A DNA stretch of 64,000 nucleotides from Alphaproteobacteria bacterium (GCA_965229605.1 OZ245892.1:2506944-2570943), one strand, 5' to 3'; positions 10,690 through 19,390 are shown, counted from the stretch's first letter. The notes: generated from the sequence alone by a model not told the origin. Translations and numbers: made by a program.

Positions 10690-10728
10690 GTCACATGCTT
10701 GAATATAGGCGTGTAGACAAAACTCTTT

Positions 10729-10765
10729 CCTTGCATTTTTAACATTTCATGTTAAATTTGCAAGG
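10729..10765. promoter_or_regulatory. 37-bp inverted repeat (operator-like) overlapping a putative leaderless promoter
   Basis: CCTTGCATTTTTAACAT-TTC-ATGTTAAATTTGCAAGG, arms match 15/17, ends immediately before ATG 10766. Confidence 0.65.
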
Positions 10766-11959
10766 ATGTATAAAAGAGAATGCACAGAAAGAATCATCAA
10801 CCGCCTTGGTCAAAATCCGACCGTGGCGATCCTTGGGCCCCGTCAGATTGGCAAGACAACGCTTGCCCATGAAGTTGCTGAAATAACGTCGCGAAATGGG
10901 CAGCCCTCGATTTATCTGGACCTTGAGAACCCGGAAGATTTCCAAAAGCTGCAAGACCCGGCCCCTTATCTGGCGCAACATGCTGACAAGCTGATCATTC
11001 TTGACGAGGTTCAACGCTATCCTGATCTGTTTAACGCCTTGCGCGGGATTATCGATCAACGACGGCGGGAGGGGCGCGGAAATGGGCGCTTTCTGATTTT
11101 AGGATCAGCAACAAACGACTTGCTTAAGCAAAGCTCTGAAAGCCTCGCGGGCCGTATTCATTACACCGAACTTGCAGGTTTAAACCCTTTTGAAATTGAA
11201 AGCCCGGGCGGAGAACCCCTGCAACGGCTCTGGATGCGTGGTGGTTTTCCTGACAGCTATGCTGCCGCAGATGATCGGGCCAGCTATGATTGGCGGCAAA
11301 ATTTTATCAGAACTTATCTGGAGCGTGATATTCCGCAGCTGGGGCCACGCATTCCTGCGACAACCCTTATGCGTTTCTGGACCATGCTTGCTCATACGCA
11401 GGGAGAGTTGCTGAATGCGTCCAAACTTGCGAGTGCCCTTGGTGTAGAGAGTGTTACAATCAGCCGCTATATAGACCTTATGTCTGATCTTTTGCTGGTG
11501 CGCAGGCTGGAGCCCTGGCATGGGAATGTCAAGAAGCGGCTGGTGAAGTCACCCCGGGTTTATGTGCGTGATAGCGGCCTTGTCCATTCACTATTGAGAA
11601 TCAACGATTATGAAGAGTTATCGGGACATCCCATACGCGGCAAAAGCTGGGAGGGATTTGTCATTGAGACTATTCTTAATGCCTTGCCTGCGGGTGTTTA
11701 TGCCAGTTTCTACCGGACGGCAGCGGGGGCAGAGATTGATCTGGTGATCAGCTTCGGGCTGGATGAACATTGGGCGATTGAGATCAAGGCCAGCCACACA
11801 CCGGCCCTTGAAAAAGGCTTTCACATGGCCTGTGCGGATATCAAGGCCAAGCAGAAATTTGTGATTTACACGGGCGAGGACAAATTCCCCGCCCGTCACA
11901 ACACAGAGATTCTATCGCTGGCACATTTTATTGAAAGATTAAAGGAATCAGGAAGTTAA
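10766..11959 (+). CDS. AAA+ ATPase (AAA_14) with DUF4143 / C-terminal PD-(D/E)xK-like domain
   Basis: GPRQIGKTT, IILDEVQ, LILGSA, ESLAGRI, RGGFP, YLERDI, KSPRVYVRDSG, EIDLV..AIEIK. Confidence 0.9.
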   Translation: MYKRECTERIINRLGQNPTVAILGPRQIGKTTLAHEVAEITSRNGQPSIYLDLENPEDFQKLQDPAPYLAQHADKLIILDEVQRYPDLFNALRGIIDQRRREGRGNGRFLILGSATNDLLKQSSESLAGRIHYTELAGLNPFEIESPGGEPLQRLWMRGGFPDSYAAADDRASYDWRQNFIRTYLERDIPQLGPRIPATTLMRFWTMLAHTQGELLNASKLASALGVESVTISRYIDLMSDLLLVRRLEPWHGNVKKRLVKSPRVYVRDSGLVHSLLRINDYEELSGHPIRGKSWEGFVIETILNALPAGVYASFYRTAAGAEIDLVISFGLDEHWAIEIKASHTPALEKGFHMACADIKAKQKFVIYTGEDKFPARHNTEILSLAHFIERLKESGS

Positions 11960-12793
11960 AAACACATTCAGGAATGTATCCGGATGGGGGCGCACACGGT
12001 AGTTATCGGTTTCATCGCCGAAGAGGACGGTGCCTTTTTCGTCCAGAGCGATGACGGTTGCCATCACCGTGTCCGCCGGGTAGCCGGGCATTCCGGCAGG
12101 TGCACCGCCGATATCTGCGACCCCCAGAGCTTTTGCGGCGCGGAGGTCTTGGTCCTGAAGGATTTCGAAGTCAGCAGGCAGGTTGAGTTTTTCGGCCAGG
12201 CGCGTTGAATTGGCGATCCCCTGATTAGAGATAAACTTCACTTTCACGGCTGATTTTGCCAGCCGATCAGCTTTGGCAAGCACTTCTTTGAGCTGGTTCA
12301 TACAGAACGGGCACCAGTTGGCTCTGAAGAACACGATCAGGGTTTTGGAGCCAGCGAATGAGTCCGATGTGATCTCTGTTCCATCGAGTTGTTTGAGTGG
12401 CACCTCCGGCAAGCGTTGACCTTTTGCAATCGCGGGGCTTTTCTTTCGGCCATAGCTTGAGAACACGCGGATGAACCACTGGACGAACAGCGCGCCGTAT
12501 AGAGCAAGGCCGAGTGCGATATAGTCTGCTGTGGTATGGATGCCGCGTGAATAGAGGGTGCCGAGAACCAGGGCAACCCCGGCGAGGCTAAGCAGTTGAG
12601 CGATGGGCAGTTTTGCGGAGGTCCGCACGATGCCAAAGAGATTTGTGGCTATCAGCAGGATGAAGGGGACTGGCAAGGTGGTTAGCAATGTCCCGATCCA
12701 GACGGGATCACCGCCCGAGATATAGATCATCACAGCAGAGCCCATACCGCCAAACAGGTTGGTCAAGATCAAGGGCAAGATTGCTTTTTTCAT
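11948..12793 (-). CDS. Peroxiredoxin-like (AhpC/TSA, thioredoxin fold) protein with N-terminal multi-TM domain
   Basis: VFFRANWCPFC and NYRVRP motifs; about 4 hydrophobic segments in the first 110 aa. Confidence 0.75.
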   Translation of the reverse strand: MKKAILPLILTNLFGGMGSAVMIYISGGDPVWIGTLLTTLPVPFILLIATNLFGIVRTSAKLPIAQLLSLAGVALVLGTLYSRGIHTTADYIALGLALYGALFVQWFIRVFSSYGRKKSPAIAKGQRLPEVPLKQLDGTEITSDSFAGSKTLIVFFRANWCPFCMNQLKEVLAKADRLAKSAVKVKFISNQGIANSTRLAEKLNLPADFEILQDQDLRAAKALGVADIGGAPAGMPGYPADTVMATVIALDEKGTVLFGDETDNYRVRPHPDTFLNVFLTS

Positions 12794-12941
12794 TATTCTG
12801 GTCCTTTTTTAACAGGCTGAGGGTTTAACAGGCCGCTATTCTGGCGGATTGTTTTGTTGGTTTGCTTTATTCTTTAACTATTGCTTATTTATCTTATGAG
12901 CGGTAGCCTGCTTTTTTGACTAATAGTTATTTGGAAAATGA

Positions 12942-13835
12942 ATGAAGGATCGGCTTTCGACCTTGCAGCTTTTTTGCCGGGTTGCGCGGACGGGCAGTTT
13001 TACGGCTGCCGGGAAGGAGATGGGGAAGTCGCAACCTTCGGTTTCCAGGATTATTTCTGCGCTTGAGACCGAGCTTGGCGTAGCCCTGTTTGTGCGCAGC
13101 ACCCATGCGATGAGCCTGACCGAGGCTGGAGAGGGTTACCTTGAGCGAATAGAGCCGCTTTTGTCTGCCATTCAAGAGGCCAATGACAGAGTGCGCGGCG
13201 ATGGCACCTTAAAGGGGAAGCTGCGGATCAGCTGTCCGGCCAGCTTTGCCATACGGGAGGTCATCCCCCGCTTGCCCCCGTTTTTAGAAGAGAACCCGGC
13301 GTTGAATATCGATTTTGTCTTGTCCGATGCAAGGCAAAATCTGATTGACCATGGCATTGATATCGCCATTCGCTTTGGGGAGCTTGAAGATTCGACGATG
13401 GTTGCGCGTAAAATTGTGAGCGGGAGACGGCTGCTTGTGGCTTCCCCGGCCTATTTGAAAAAAGCCGGGACACCAGGCAGCCCGGCCGAGCTTGCGGCGC
13501 ATAATATTGTGCGCGGGCCATCAGGCAAAGGCCCTCTGGGCTGGAAGTTTCAAAAAGGCGACACGCAATTATCTGTGCAAGTGGATGGTCAGGTGAGTGT
13601 TGATGTCAATGAAGCCTCTACGGTGGCGGCCCTGGCGGGGCTCGGCATTATCACCACGGCGACATTTGGCTGCAGGAAAGAGCTTGAAAGCGGCGAGCTG
13701 GTTCAAATTCTACCCGACTGGGAGATCGGCACGATTGAGGGTCATGCTATTCTGGCGGGTGGCAAAAAAGCCAAATCCTCCGCCCGCACCTTTGTGGATT
13801 ACTTGGCTCAGTCATTTGCCGTCAACCGCCAATGA
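12942..13835 (+). CDS. LysR-family transcriptional regulator (CrgA-like)
   Basis: GSFTAAG..SQPSVSRIISALETELGVALFVRST; DIAIRFG; divergent from the redoxin gene. Confidence 0.92.
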   Translation: MKDRLSTLQLFCRVARTGSFTAAGKEMGKSQPSVSRIISALETELGVALFVRSTHAMSLTEAGEGYLERIEPLLSAIQEANDRVRGDGTLKGKLRISCPASFAIREVIPRLPPFLEENPALNIDFVLSDARQNLIDHGIDIAIRFGELEDSTMVARKIVSGRRLLVASPAYLKKAGTPGSPAELAAHNIVRGPSGKGPLGWKFQKGDTQLSVQVDGQVSVDVNEASTVAALAGLGIITTATFGCRKELESGELVQILPDWEIGTIEGHAILAGGKKAKSSARTFVDYLAQSFAVNRQ

Positions 13836-15297
13836 GCCCAGCCAAAATATCCCAGAACGATAGAAGCAGAGCAAGAATAATCCCCGCAAGCAGAAGAACG
13901 CCAATAACTGGAAAAGCAACATTGGCGATTGATTGTCGGGCCAAATAACCCGCAATTTCATTTTTCTCTTTCACTGCTAACGGGTAGTCAGTCGCAGTGT
14001 AGCTTACAAAGCGGCTTATTTTTGATCGGTCCGGCTGGGTGATGGTTAATAAAAACCCGCCAAAGGCCAGCCCATGAAGCAGGCTCGGCAGAAAGGTTGA
14101 AAAAATCATCATAAAAACCCAGCCATCAGGACTAAGGAGTGTTTGCCAAACTGGCCGTGAGTCTATCCGCTGCCAAAGCGCACCAAGATCATAGGCCGGT
14201 TGCTCCAGAGCACTTAAACCCGCTGCCAAACTCATGCCTTTTATTACTAAGAACAAACTGAAAATTAAAACAAGAAGGGTTATAAGAGCGGCAACAAAAT
14301 CAAGCAAATAATAACCTGCTTTTTTTATATGCGTAGGTGCCCTTAATGATTTTTTAAGCAGAAGCCGGGTCACACCAAGCGAGAGCCAATCCAAAATACT
14401 GTTGATAATCGGCAGCACAACAAGAAACAATAAAATACCAAAACTGAGTTCATTGACCGGAAGCCAAGGCTGCGCCAGGAACACGCCAATACATACGACC
14501 AGAAAGGAAAAATAGAGAATGTAAAATAATAAGCGATTGCCTTTTTTTAAAAAATAACTATACGTTATTAGAATCGCGAAAGCGAAAGCGAAAGCGAGAG
14601 CGAGAGCGACAGCGCCAGCGCCAGCGAAAGCGACAGCACCAGCGACAGCGACAGCGCCAGCGCCAGCGACAGCGACAGCGCCAGCGCCAGCGACAGCGCC
14701 AGCGCCAGCGACAGCGCCAGCGACAGCGCCAGCGCCAGCGACAGCGCCAGCGACAGCGCCAGCGACAGCGACAGCGACAGTGAAAGCGAGCCAGATCAAG
14801 CCTTTGACTCCATCTTCTTTATAAAACTTATAGAAACTATAAGTCATTCCAACGATCAAAATAGGAATGAGAGGGGCTTTCCAAAAACGCCCTTCTTCAA
14901 TCGGCGGGAAGAGGCCAAAACCGCTGATATCCTGGTTGCTTCCCAACCAAAAAAGCAGACCCAATATAATGGGATAGAAGAAAGCCCATGTAAGACATAA
15001 TTCGTAACTTTTTATAGAAAATGCACGGGAGCCAAAGAAACGACTTAGGGCCCCGAGTGACCACCTTAATCGTGCCGCATAGCGAATTCGGCGCTTTCGA
15101 CTGCTTAAACGTTTAAATTTAAGATGATGATTTTGAAGACTTTTGTCGTCTTTTAATTCTTTTAAAAATTTAGCTTCCTGATGGACATAGATGTTCCATA
15201 AAGCCCACCCCACAGCAGCAAGGCCGGCTGCCAAAGAAGCCAATATTGGCCAGATATCGACTATCACATCAAGCATGGCTGGTTCTGCTGGGTCCAT
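13822..15297 (-). CDS. Hypothetical multi-pass membrane protein containing an (X-Ala)n low-complexity tract
   Basis: Long ORF with many hydrophobic segments; start uncertain (15297 or 15276). Confidence 0.7.
   Translation of the reverse strand: MDPAEPAMLDVIVDIWPILASLAAGLAAVGWALWNIYVHQEAKFLKELKDDKSLQNHHLKFKRLSSRKRRIRYAARLRWSLGALSRFFGSRAFSIKSYELCLTWAFFYPIILGLLFWLGSNQDISGFGLFPPIEEGRFWKAPLIPILIVGMTYSFYKFYKEDGVKGLIWLAFTVAVAVAGAVAGAVAGAGAVAGAVAGAGAVAGAGAVAVAGAGAVAVAGAVAFAGAGAVALALAFAFAFAILITYSYFLKKGNRLLFYILYFSFLVVCIGVFLAQPWLPVNELSFGILLFLVVLPIINSILDWLSLGVTRLLLKKSLRAPTHIKKAGYYLLDFVAALITLLVLIFSLFLVIKGMSLAAGLSALEQPAYDLGALWQRIDSRPVWQTLLSPDGWVFMMIFSTFLPSLLHGLAFGGFLLTITQPDRSKISRFVSYTATDYPLAVKEKNEIAGYLARQSIANVAFPVIGVLLLAGIILALLLSFWDILAGLIGG
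14575..14790. repeat. Degenerate 6-bp tandem array (AGCGNN)x36, in frame in the membrane-protein gene
   Basis: Units agcgac/agcgcc/agcgaa/agcgag read directly; encode VA/GA/FA/LA dipeptides on the minus strand. Confidence 0.97.
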
Positions 15298-15458
15298 TGG
15301 AGGGAATCTCTTATCAGGTTTTGAAATATTTAAGGGAACACTATTATTTGAACAAAACAGTATATTGAACAGGCAGAATACAGACACAAAAATTCCCTTC
15401 TGACAAGATTTCCCTAATTTGATTGATTTTTCAATGGAAGGGCAATAAGCTGCCGATG

Positions 15459-15505
15459 TAATCAGGAAAAACTGATTATGGAGTTTGGTAGCTCCGAAAC
15501 ATGAG
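15459..15505 (+). promoter_or_regulatory. c4-a1b1/seqA-like leader: two hairpins carrying antisense target sites
   Basis: TAATCAG-gaaaaa-CTGATTA, then GGAG-tttggtag-CTCC, then AACATGAG; both targets are complementary to single-stranded parts of the downstream RNA. Confidence 0.6.
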
Positions 15506-15550
15506 CGGCTTTTGAATCTAGCCGTTACAGACGATTCGTTTTCTCGATCA

Positions 15551-15640
15551 GGGTCGAGGAGGCGACGTTATACAATAGGCGTGCGCGCTAAAAGCGTTGC
15601 GGCTGTCCTCATGTTCAGTCTCTACCAACTCCTCGATCAC
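15551..15640 (+). ncRNA. Putative C4/CI-like cloverleaf antisense RNA
   Basis: Closing stem GGTCGAGGAG/CTCCTCGATC; inner stems GCGACG/CGTTGC and GGCTG/CAGTC; exposed CTCATGTT and CTACCAA are antisense to 15498-15505 and 15485-15491. Confidence 0.6.
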
Positions 15641-15775
15641 CAAGGGTCCCTTGGTGATCTGTTGTGAAGACCATCAAGAGGATGCGAGAGATGCAAAAGC
15701 CGGATATCACGTTTTTATTGCCTGCTTTATTAACAATAAACTTCTGAACGGGGCGGCTATCGATGTGATTGCGCC

Positions 15776-16186
15776 ATGTCCCTGTTTCGCCCTGTATGGA
15801 GCCGTCTTTTATGGGCGTTGCTACTGATTATCCTGTTTGCCCTGCCAGCCCCGGCTAAGGATAAGCATACCGAAGCCGATTACAATAAAATCTATTGTGA
15901 CTTGATTGGCGGTCAAACAGAGGTCAGACATGCCTATACCACCGATGCGGGTGAAACCGGCTATATCATCGTCGATTGCGAAACCGCTACAGAGGTGATC
16001 GAGGGCGGGCTAGACAAACGCTCCAGCCTTGATTCCATCCAGCAAGCCCTGTTCTTTGGCTATTTAACCGGAAAAAAGCCGGTTGTTGTCATCTATGACA
16101 CCGATGGCATCGAAGGCAAAATAGAATACCGCCTCAAAATCACCACAAAACTTACCGGGATTGCCTTTACAATATTTCCCGATTAA
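15776..16186 (+). CDS. Hypothetical exported protein, possible PD-(D/E)xK-like fold
   Basis: Signal peptide LLLIILFALPAPA; E..EV..VDC..VIE..QALFF..TGKKPVVVI pattern. Confidence 0.65.
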   Translation: MSLFRPVWSRLLWALLLIILFALPAPAKDKHTEADYNKIYCDLIGGQTEVRHAYTTDAGETGYIIVDCETATEVIEGGLDKRSSLDSIQQALFFGYLTGKKPVVVIYDTDGIEGKIEYRLKITTKLTGIAFTIFPD

Positions 16187-16221
16187 CAGAAGATATCATC
16201 CGCCAAAAATAAGGAAAATCG

Positions 16222-16632
16222 ATGAAGCCAAGAATAAGCATGATCACCTTGGGGGTAAGAGACCTGCAAAAATCTATTGAATTTTATGAAAAGGGTCTTG
16301 GCCTGCCGCGTATGGACTCGCCGCCGGAAGTGGCTTTTTTTACGCTGAACGGCACATGGCTGGGGTTATACGGCTGGGATGCTTTAGCCAAAGACGCAGG
16401 CGTGGATGCAAAGGGAAGCGGGTTTAACGGCTTCACGCTTGCTCATAATTTGGCCAGCGAAACAGAGGTTGACCAGTTTTTTGAAGAGGCCTTGGCTGCT
16501 GGCGCAATATCGGTAAAGAAGCCTCAAAAGGTTTTTTGGGGCGGCTATTCAGGCTATTTCAAAGACCCCGATGGTCATTTGTGGGAAGTGGCCTATAACC
16601 CATTTGCATGGGTTGGCCCCCCAGATAATTAA
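16222..16632 (+). CDS. VOC/glyoxalase family protein
   Basis: ISMITLGVRDL..SIEFYEKGLG; FWGGYSGYFKDPDGHLWEVAYNP. Confidence 0.92.
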   Translation: MKPRISMITLGVRDLQKSIEFYEKGLGLPRMDSPPEVAFFTLNGTWLGLYGWDALAKDAGVDAKGSGFNGFTLAHNLASETEVDQFFEEALAAGAISVKKPQKVFWGGYSGYFKDPDGHLWEVAYNPFAWVGPPDN

Positions 16633-16669
16633 CGCTGCCAGTCGCCCCAATAACTAAGCGCCCCAATAA

Positions 16670-16689
16670 TTAAGCGCATACGCGCTTAA
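16670..16689. terminator. Hairpin between convergent VOC and sodB genes
   Basis: TTAAGCGC-atac-GCGCTTAA perfect 8-bp stem. Confidence 0.45.
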
Positions 16690-16690
16690 A

Positions 16691-17284
16691 TCAAAGCTGA
16701 TCTCCAACATGTGACCAGTTGATGATCTCCAGCACCGCCTTTAAATGATCCGGGCGGCGGTTCTGGTAATCCAGATAATAGGCATGTTCCCATACATCCA
16801 GGCCAAACAGGGTCTGGGTGCCTGCGGCAAACGGGCTGTCTCCGTTCGAGGTGCCTTCAATCGCCAGCTTGCCCCCCTTGACCGTCAGCCAAATCCAGCC
16901 CGAGCCAAAGACTCCAACACCTCCGGCGACAAATTTGTCTTTAAAGGACTGGAAGCCTCCAAAATCGCTTTCCATATGTTCAGCCAGCTTGCCGGTCGGG
17001 GCCTTCGACCCACCAGGCTTTAACGCATCCCAATACTGGATATGATTCCAGGCCTGACCGGCCTGATTGAAAATGCCTTGATCAACACCACGGCTGGCCT
17101 TGACGATGTCTTCCAGCCCCATGTCCTCATATTTTGTGCCCGGAATCAGGTCATTCAGCTTGCCGAAATAAGCCGCATGGTGCTTGCCATGGTGCAACTC
17201 AACCGTCTGCGCAGAAATAACCGGCGCCAGATCAGCATGGGAAAAAGGCAGAGCAGGAAGTTCATGTTTTACACCAGCGCTCAT
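16691..17284 (-). CDS. sodB: Fe/Mn superoxide dismutase (probably Fe type)
   Basis: HHGKHH, FNQAGQAWNH, FGSGW, DVWEHAYYLDYQNRR. Confidence 0.93.
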   Translation of the reverse strand: MSAGVKHELPALPFSHADLAPVISAQTVELHHGKHHAAYFGKLNDLIPGTKYEDMGLEDIVKASRGVDQGIFNQAGQAWNHIQYWDALKPGGSKAPTGKLAEHMESDFGGFQSFKDKFVAGGVGVFGSGWIWLTVKGGKLAIEGTSNGDSPFAAGTQTLFGLDVWEHAYYLDYQNRRPDHLKAVLEIINWSHVGDQL

Positions 17285-17430
17285 ATGTTGTCTCCTTATA
17301 AGATTAGAAATAATATCCGGGCCAGGCAGTCTATCACTTCTTTATTGCCTATCGCCCTTCATTCTCTTGCCAGCATAATATACTTATCAAGACTTGTCAT
17401 CAACCTTGCAGGATAGCATAATTATTAGCC

Positions 17431-18537
17431 ATGAAAATCACCCGCGTCAGATGCTTTCAAACCGACCTTCCTTATGTAGGGGGCAAATATGTCTGGGGCA
17501 GCGGCAATGCCATTGAAATCGCCAAAGCCAATGTCGTTGTCATTGATACTGATGCAGGACTTCAGGGATGCGGTGAGTTTACGCCGTGCGGGGAAAATTA
17601 CATGGTGGCGCATTCCGAAGGGGTTGTCGGCCTCGCCCGGATTGTTGCGCCCGCATTGCTTGGCGAAGACCCCCGGCAAGTCGCCCGAATAGAGCAGATT
17701 ATGGACGAGACTATTCAAGGCCATGGCTATGCAAAGTCAGCCTTTGATATCGCCTGCTGGGACTTGTTGGCTCAATCCTGCGGGCAGCCTCTATGGATGC
17801 TTTTGGGCGGCAAACTCACCGATGGCGCGCCGATGTATCGGGTTGTCCCGCAAAAGGACGTTCCCGAAACAATCCTGGAGCTCGAGGCCTATCGTGCGCA
17901 AGGCTACCGCCAGTTTCAGATCAAGGTAGGCGGTGACTGGCAACAGGATATTGAGCGCATAAAGGCGGTTGTGCCTTTACTGCATCCCGGAGAACAGGCT
18001 CTGGCGGACGCAAATCAGGGATGGCGCGTTGATCATGCTATTCGTGTGGCACGGGCGACGCAACAGCTTGATTTTATTCTTGAACAGCCCTGCAAAACAT
18101 ATGACGAATGTATGCAGGTGCGCAGAATAGCGCAGCAGCCTATGAAGCTGGATGAATGTATCACAGGCCTGGAGGTTGCGCGCAAAATCGTTGCAGAAAG
18201 AAGTGCTGAAGTTTGCTGTTTGAAAATCTCTAACCTTGGCGGCCTGTCAAAAGCCCGGCGGGTGCGCGATTTTCTGATCGAACACAGGATTCCCGTTGTG
18301 AGCGAGGACAGCTGGGGCGGCGAAATAACCACAGCAGCTGTTGCGCATTTTGCAGCCTCAACGCCCGCAAGATTCCTTCAAAATACCACAGACCTGATGA
18401 ATTATAACACCCGCTCCACCGGGATCGGCGGCCCCACCGTCAAAAACGGAAAACTTTACGCAACCGACACCCCTGGCCTGGGCGCCACCCCCGGTTTCAA
18501 TAGCCTTGGCCAACCCGTTGCAGAATTTATATTATAG
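17431..18537 (+). CDS. Mandelate racemase/muconate lactonizing enzyme family, resembling cis-3-hydroxy-L-proline dehydratase / hydroxyproline-betaine epimerase
   Basis: FQIKVG, ADANQGW, LEQPC, LDE, LKISNLGG, EDSWGG metal-ligand motifs. Confidence 0.8.
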   Translation: MKITRVRCFQTDLPYVGGKYVWGSGNAIEIAKANVVVIDTDAGLQGCGEFTPCGENYMVAHSEGVVGLARIVAPALLGEDPRQVARIEQIMDETIQGHGYAKSAFDIACWDLLAQSCGQPLWMLLGGKLTDGAPMYRVVPQKDVPETILELEAYRAQGYRQFQIKVGGDWQQDIERIKAVVPLLHPGEQALADANQGWRVDHAIRVARATQQLDFILEQPCKTYDECMQVRRIAQQPMKLDECITGLEVARKIVAERSAEVCCLKISNLGGLSKARRVRDFLIEHRIPVVSEDSWGGEITTAAVAHFAASTPARFLQNTTDLMNYNTRSTGIGGPTVKNGKLYATDTPGLGATPGFNSLGQPVAEFIL

Positions 18538-18635
18538 TTAAAGCTACAGGGTTATGCCGACCCGCAGGGCAATGAGCATGGTTATAAAGGTTTAAAAAGT
18601 AACGCTTAATTTATGTAATAAAAGGGCAGAGAACA

Positions 18636-19385
18636 TTACAAAGAAAGTATGCTTTTTGCGACACCCTCCGCCAGTGAATGCACGTTCTTTGTTCTCTTAA
18701 TTTTATTAAACAGGAACCGAAACGACCAAGAAGCATAGTCTGTTCCCAACTTAGACAGCAGGCCACAAGAAGAAACACCGCATAGTGCCCAGGCCCTGCT
18801 GTCTCCTCCATAACATAAATAAGCCTTTGCCAATTTCTTCAATACCTCCGTTTGCCGTTTACGCGCACGATGAAGTCCGAAATGAAACGCTTGTCTGGCC
18901 TCAGGGTCTTTTCCATGCCAGGCAATAGGCTCTAAATGCGCAACCGCGTCACCACGAAGAACAATATTATGCCCACTATCAACCCGGTCACAATTCAGAC
19001 GACTTCTGGCCGGCGTGAATATAACCATTGGGCGAAAAAAGTTCATCCCCATAATCGTATCATTAGAATAGTAGTCCAGAAGGCCGATCTGGGCCCCAGT
19101 TACGTCAGGATTCTGGTTGAATAGCCTCCATGCAGATGCCAGGGCATCATCCCTCATCAGAACGGTGTCAGCATCAATCTTTACAAAAAGATCAAAGTCT
19201 TGCTTCACTATATTCCAGGCATTCCAAAGAGAATTATGGGCTTCAAGCTCTCTTTGCCCAGAAATTACATGATGCTTGATCTCTACGTCTTGCTGTCTGT
19301 GGATCGCTGCACAACAGGCACCATATTCAGATTCATTGACATGTAATGTGCCAACAAAAATTTTGGGAAGATTTGCCTTAACCAG
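18636..19385 (-). CDS. Putative GT-A fold glycosyltransferase
   Basis: FVKIDAD DxD motif; frame open upstream of the tracked GTG to 19415; probable CTG start at 19385. Confidence 0.6.
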   Translation of the reverse strand: MVKANLPKIFVGTLHVNESEYGACCAAIHRQQDVEIKHHVISGQRELEAHNSLWNAWNIVKQDFDLFVKIDADTVLMRDDALASAWRLFNQNPDVTGAQIGLLDYYSNDTIMGMNFFRPMVIFTPARSRLNCDRVDSGHNIVLRGDAVAHLEPIAWHGKDPEARQAFHFGLHRARKRQTEVLKKLAKAYLCYGGDSRAWALCGVSSCGLLSKLGTDYASWSFRFLFNKIKRTKNVHSLAEGVAKSILSL

Positions 19386-19390
19386 CTTTG

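Noticed and set aside
14575-14790. CRISPR array or complete DGR
   Set aside because: 6-bp units with no spacers; no cas genes, reverse transcriptase or template repeat seen in the window
15485-15827. Short ORFs 15485-15667 and 15597-15827 as proteins
   Set aside because: Weak starts and no motifs; the region is better explained by RNA structure
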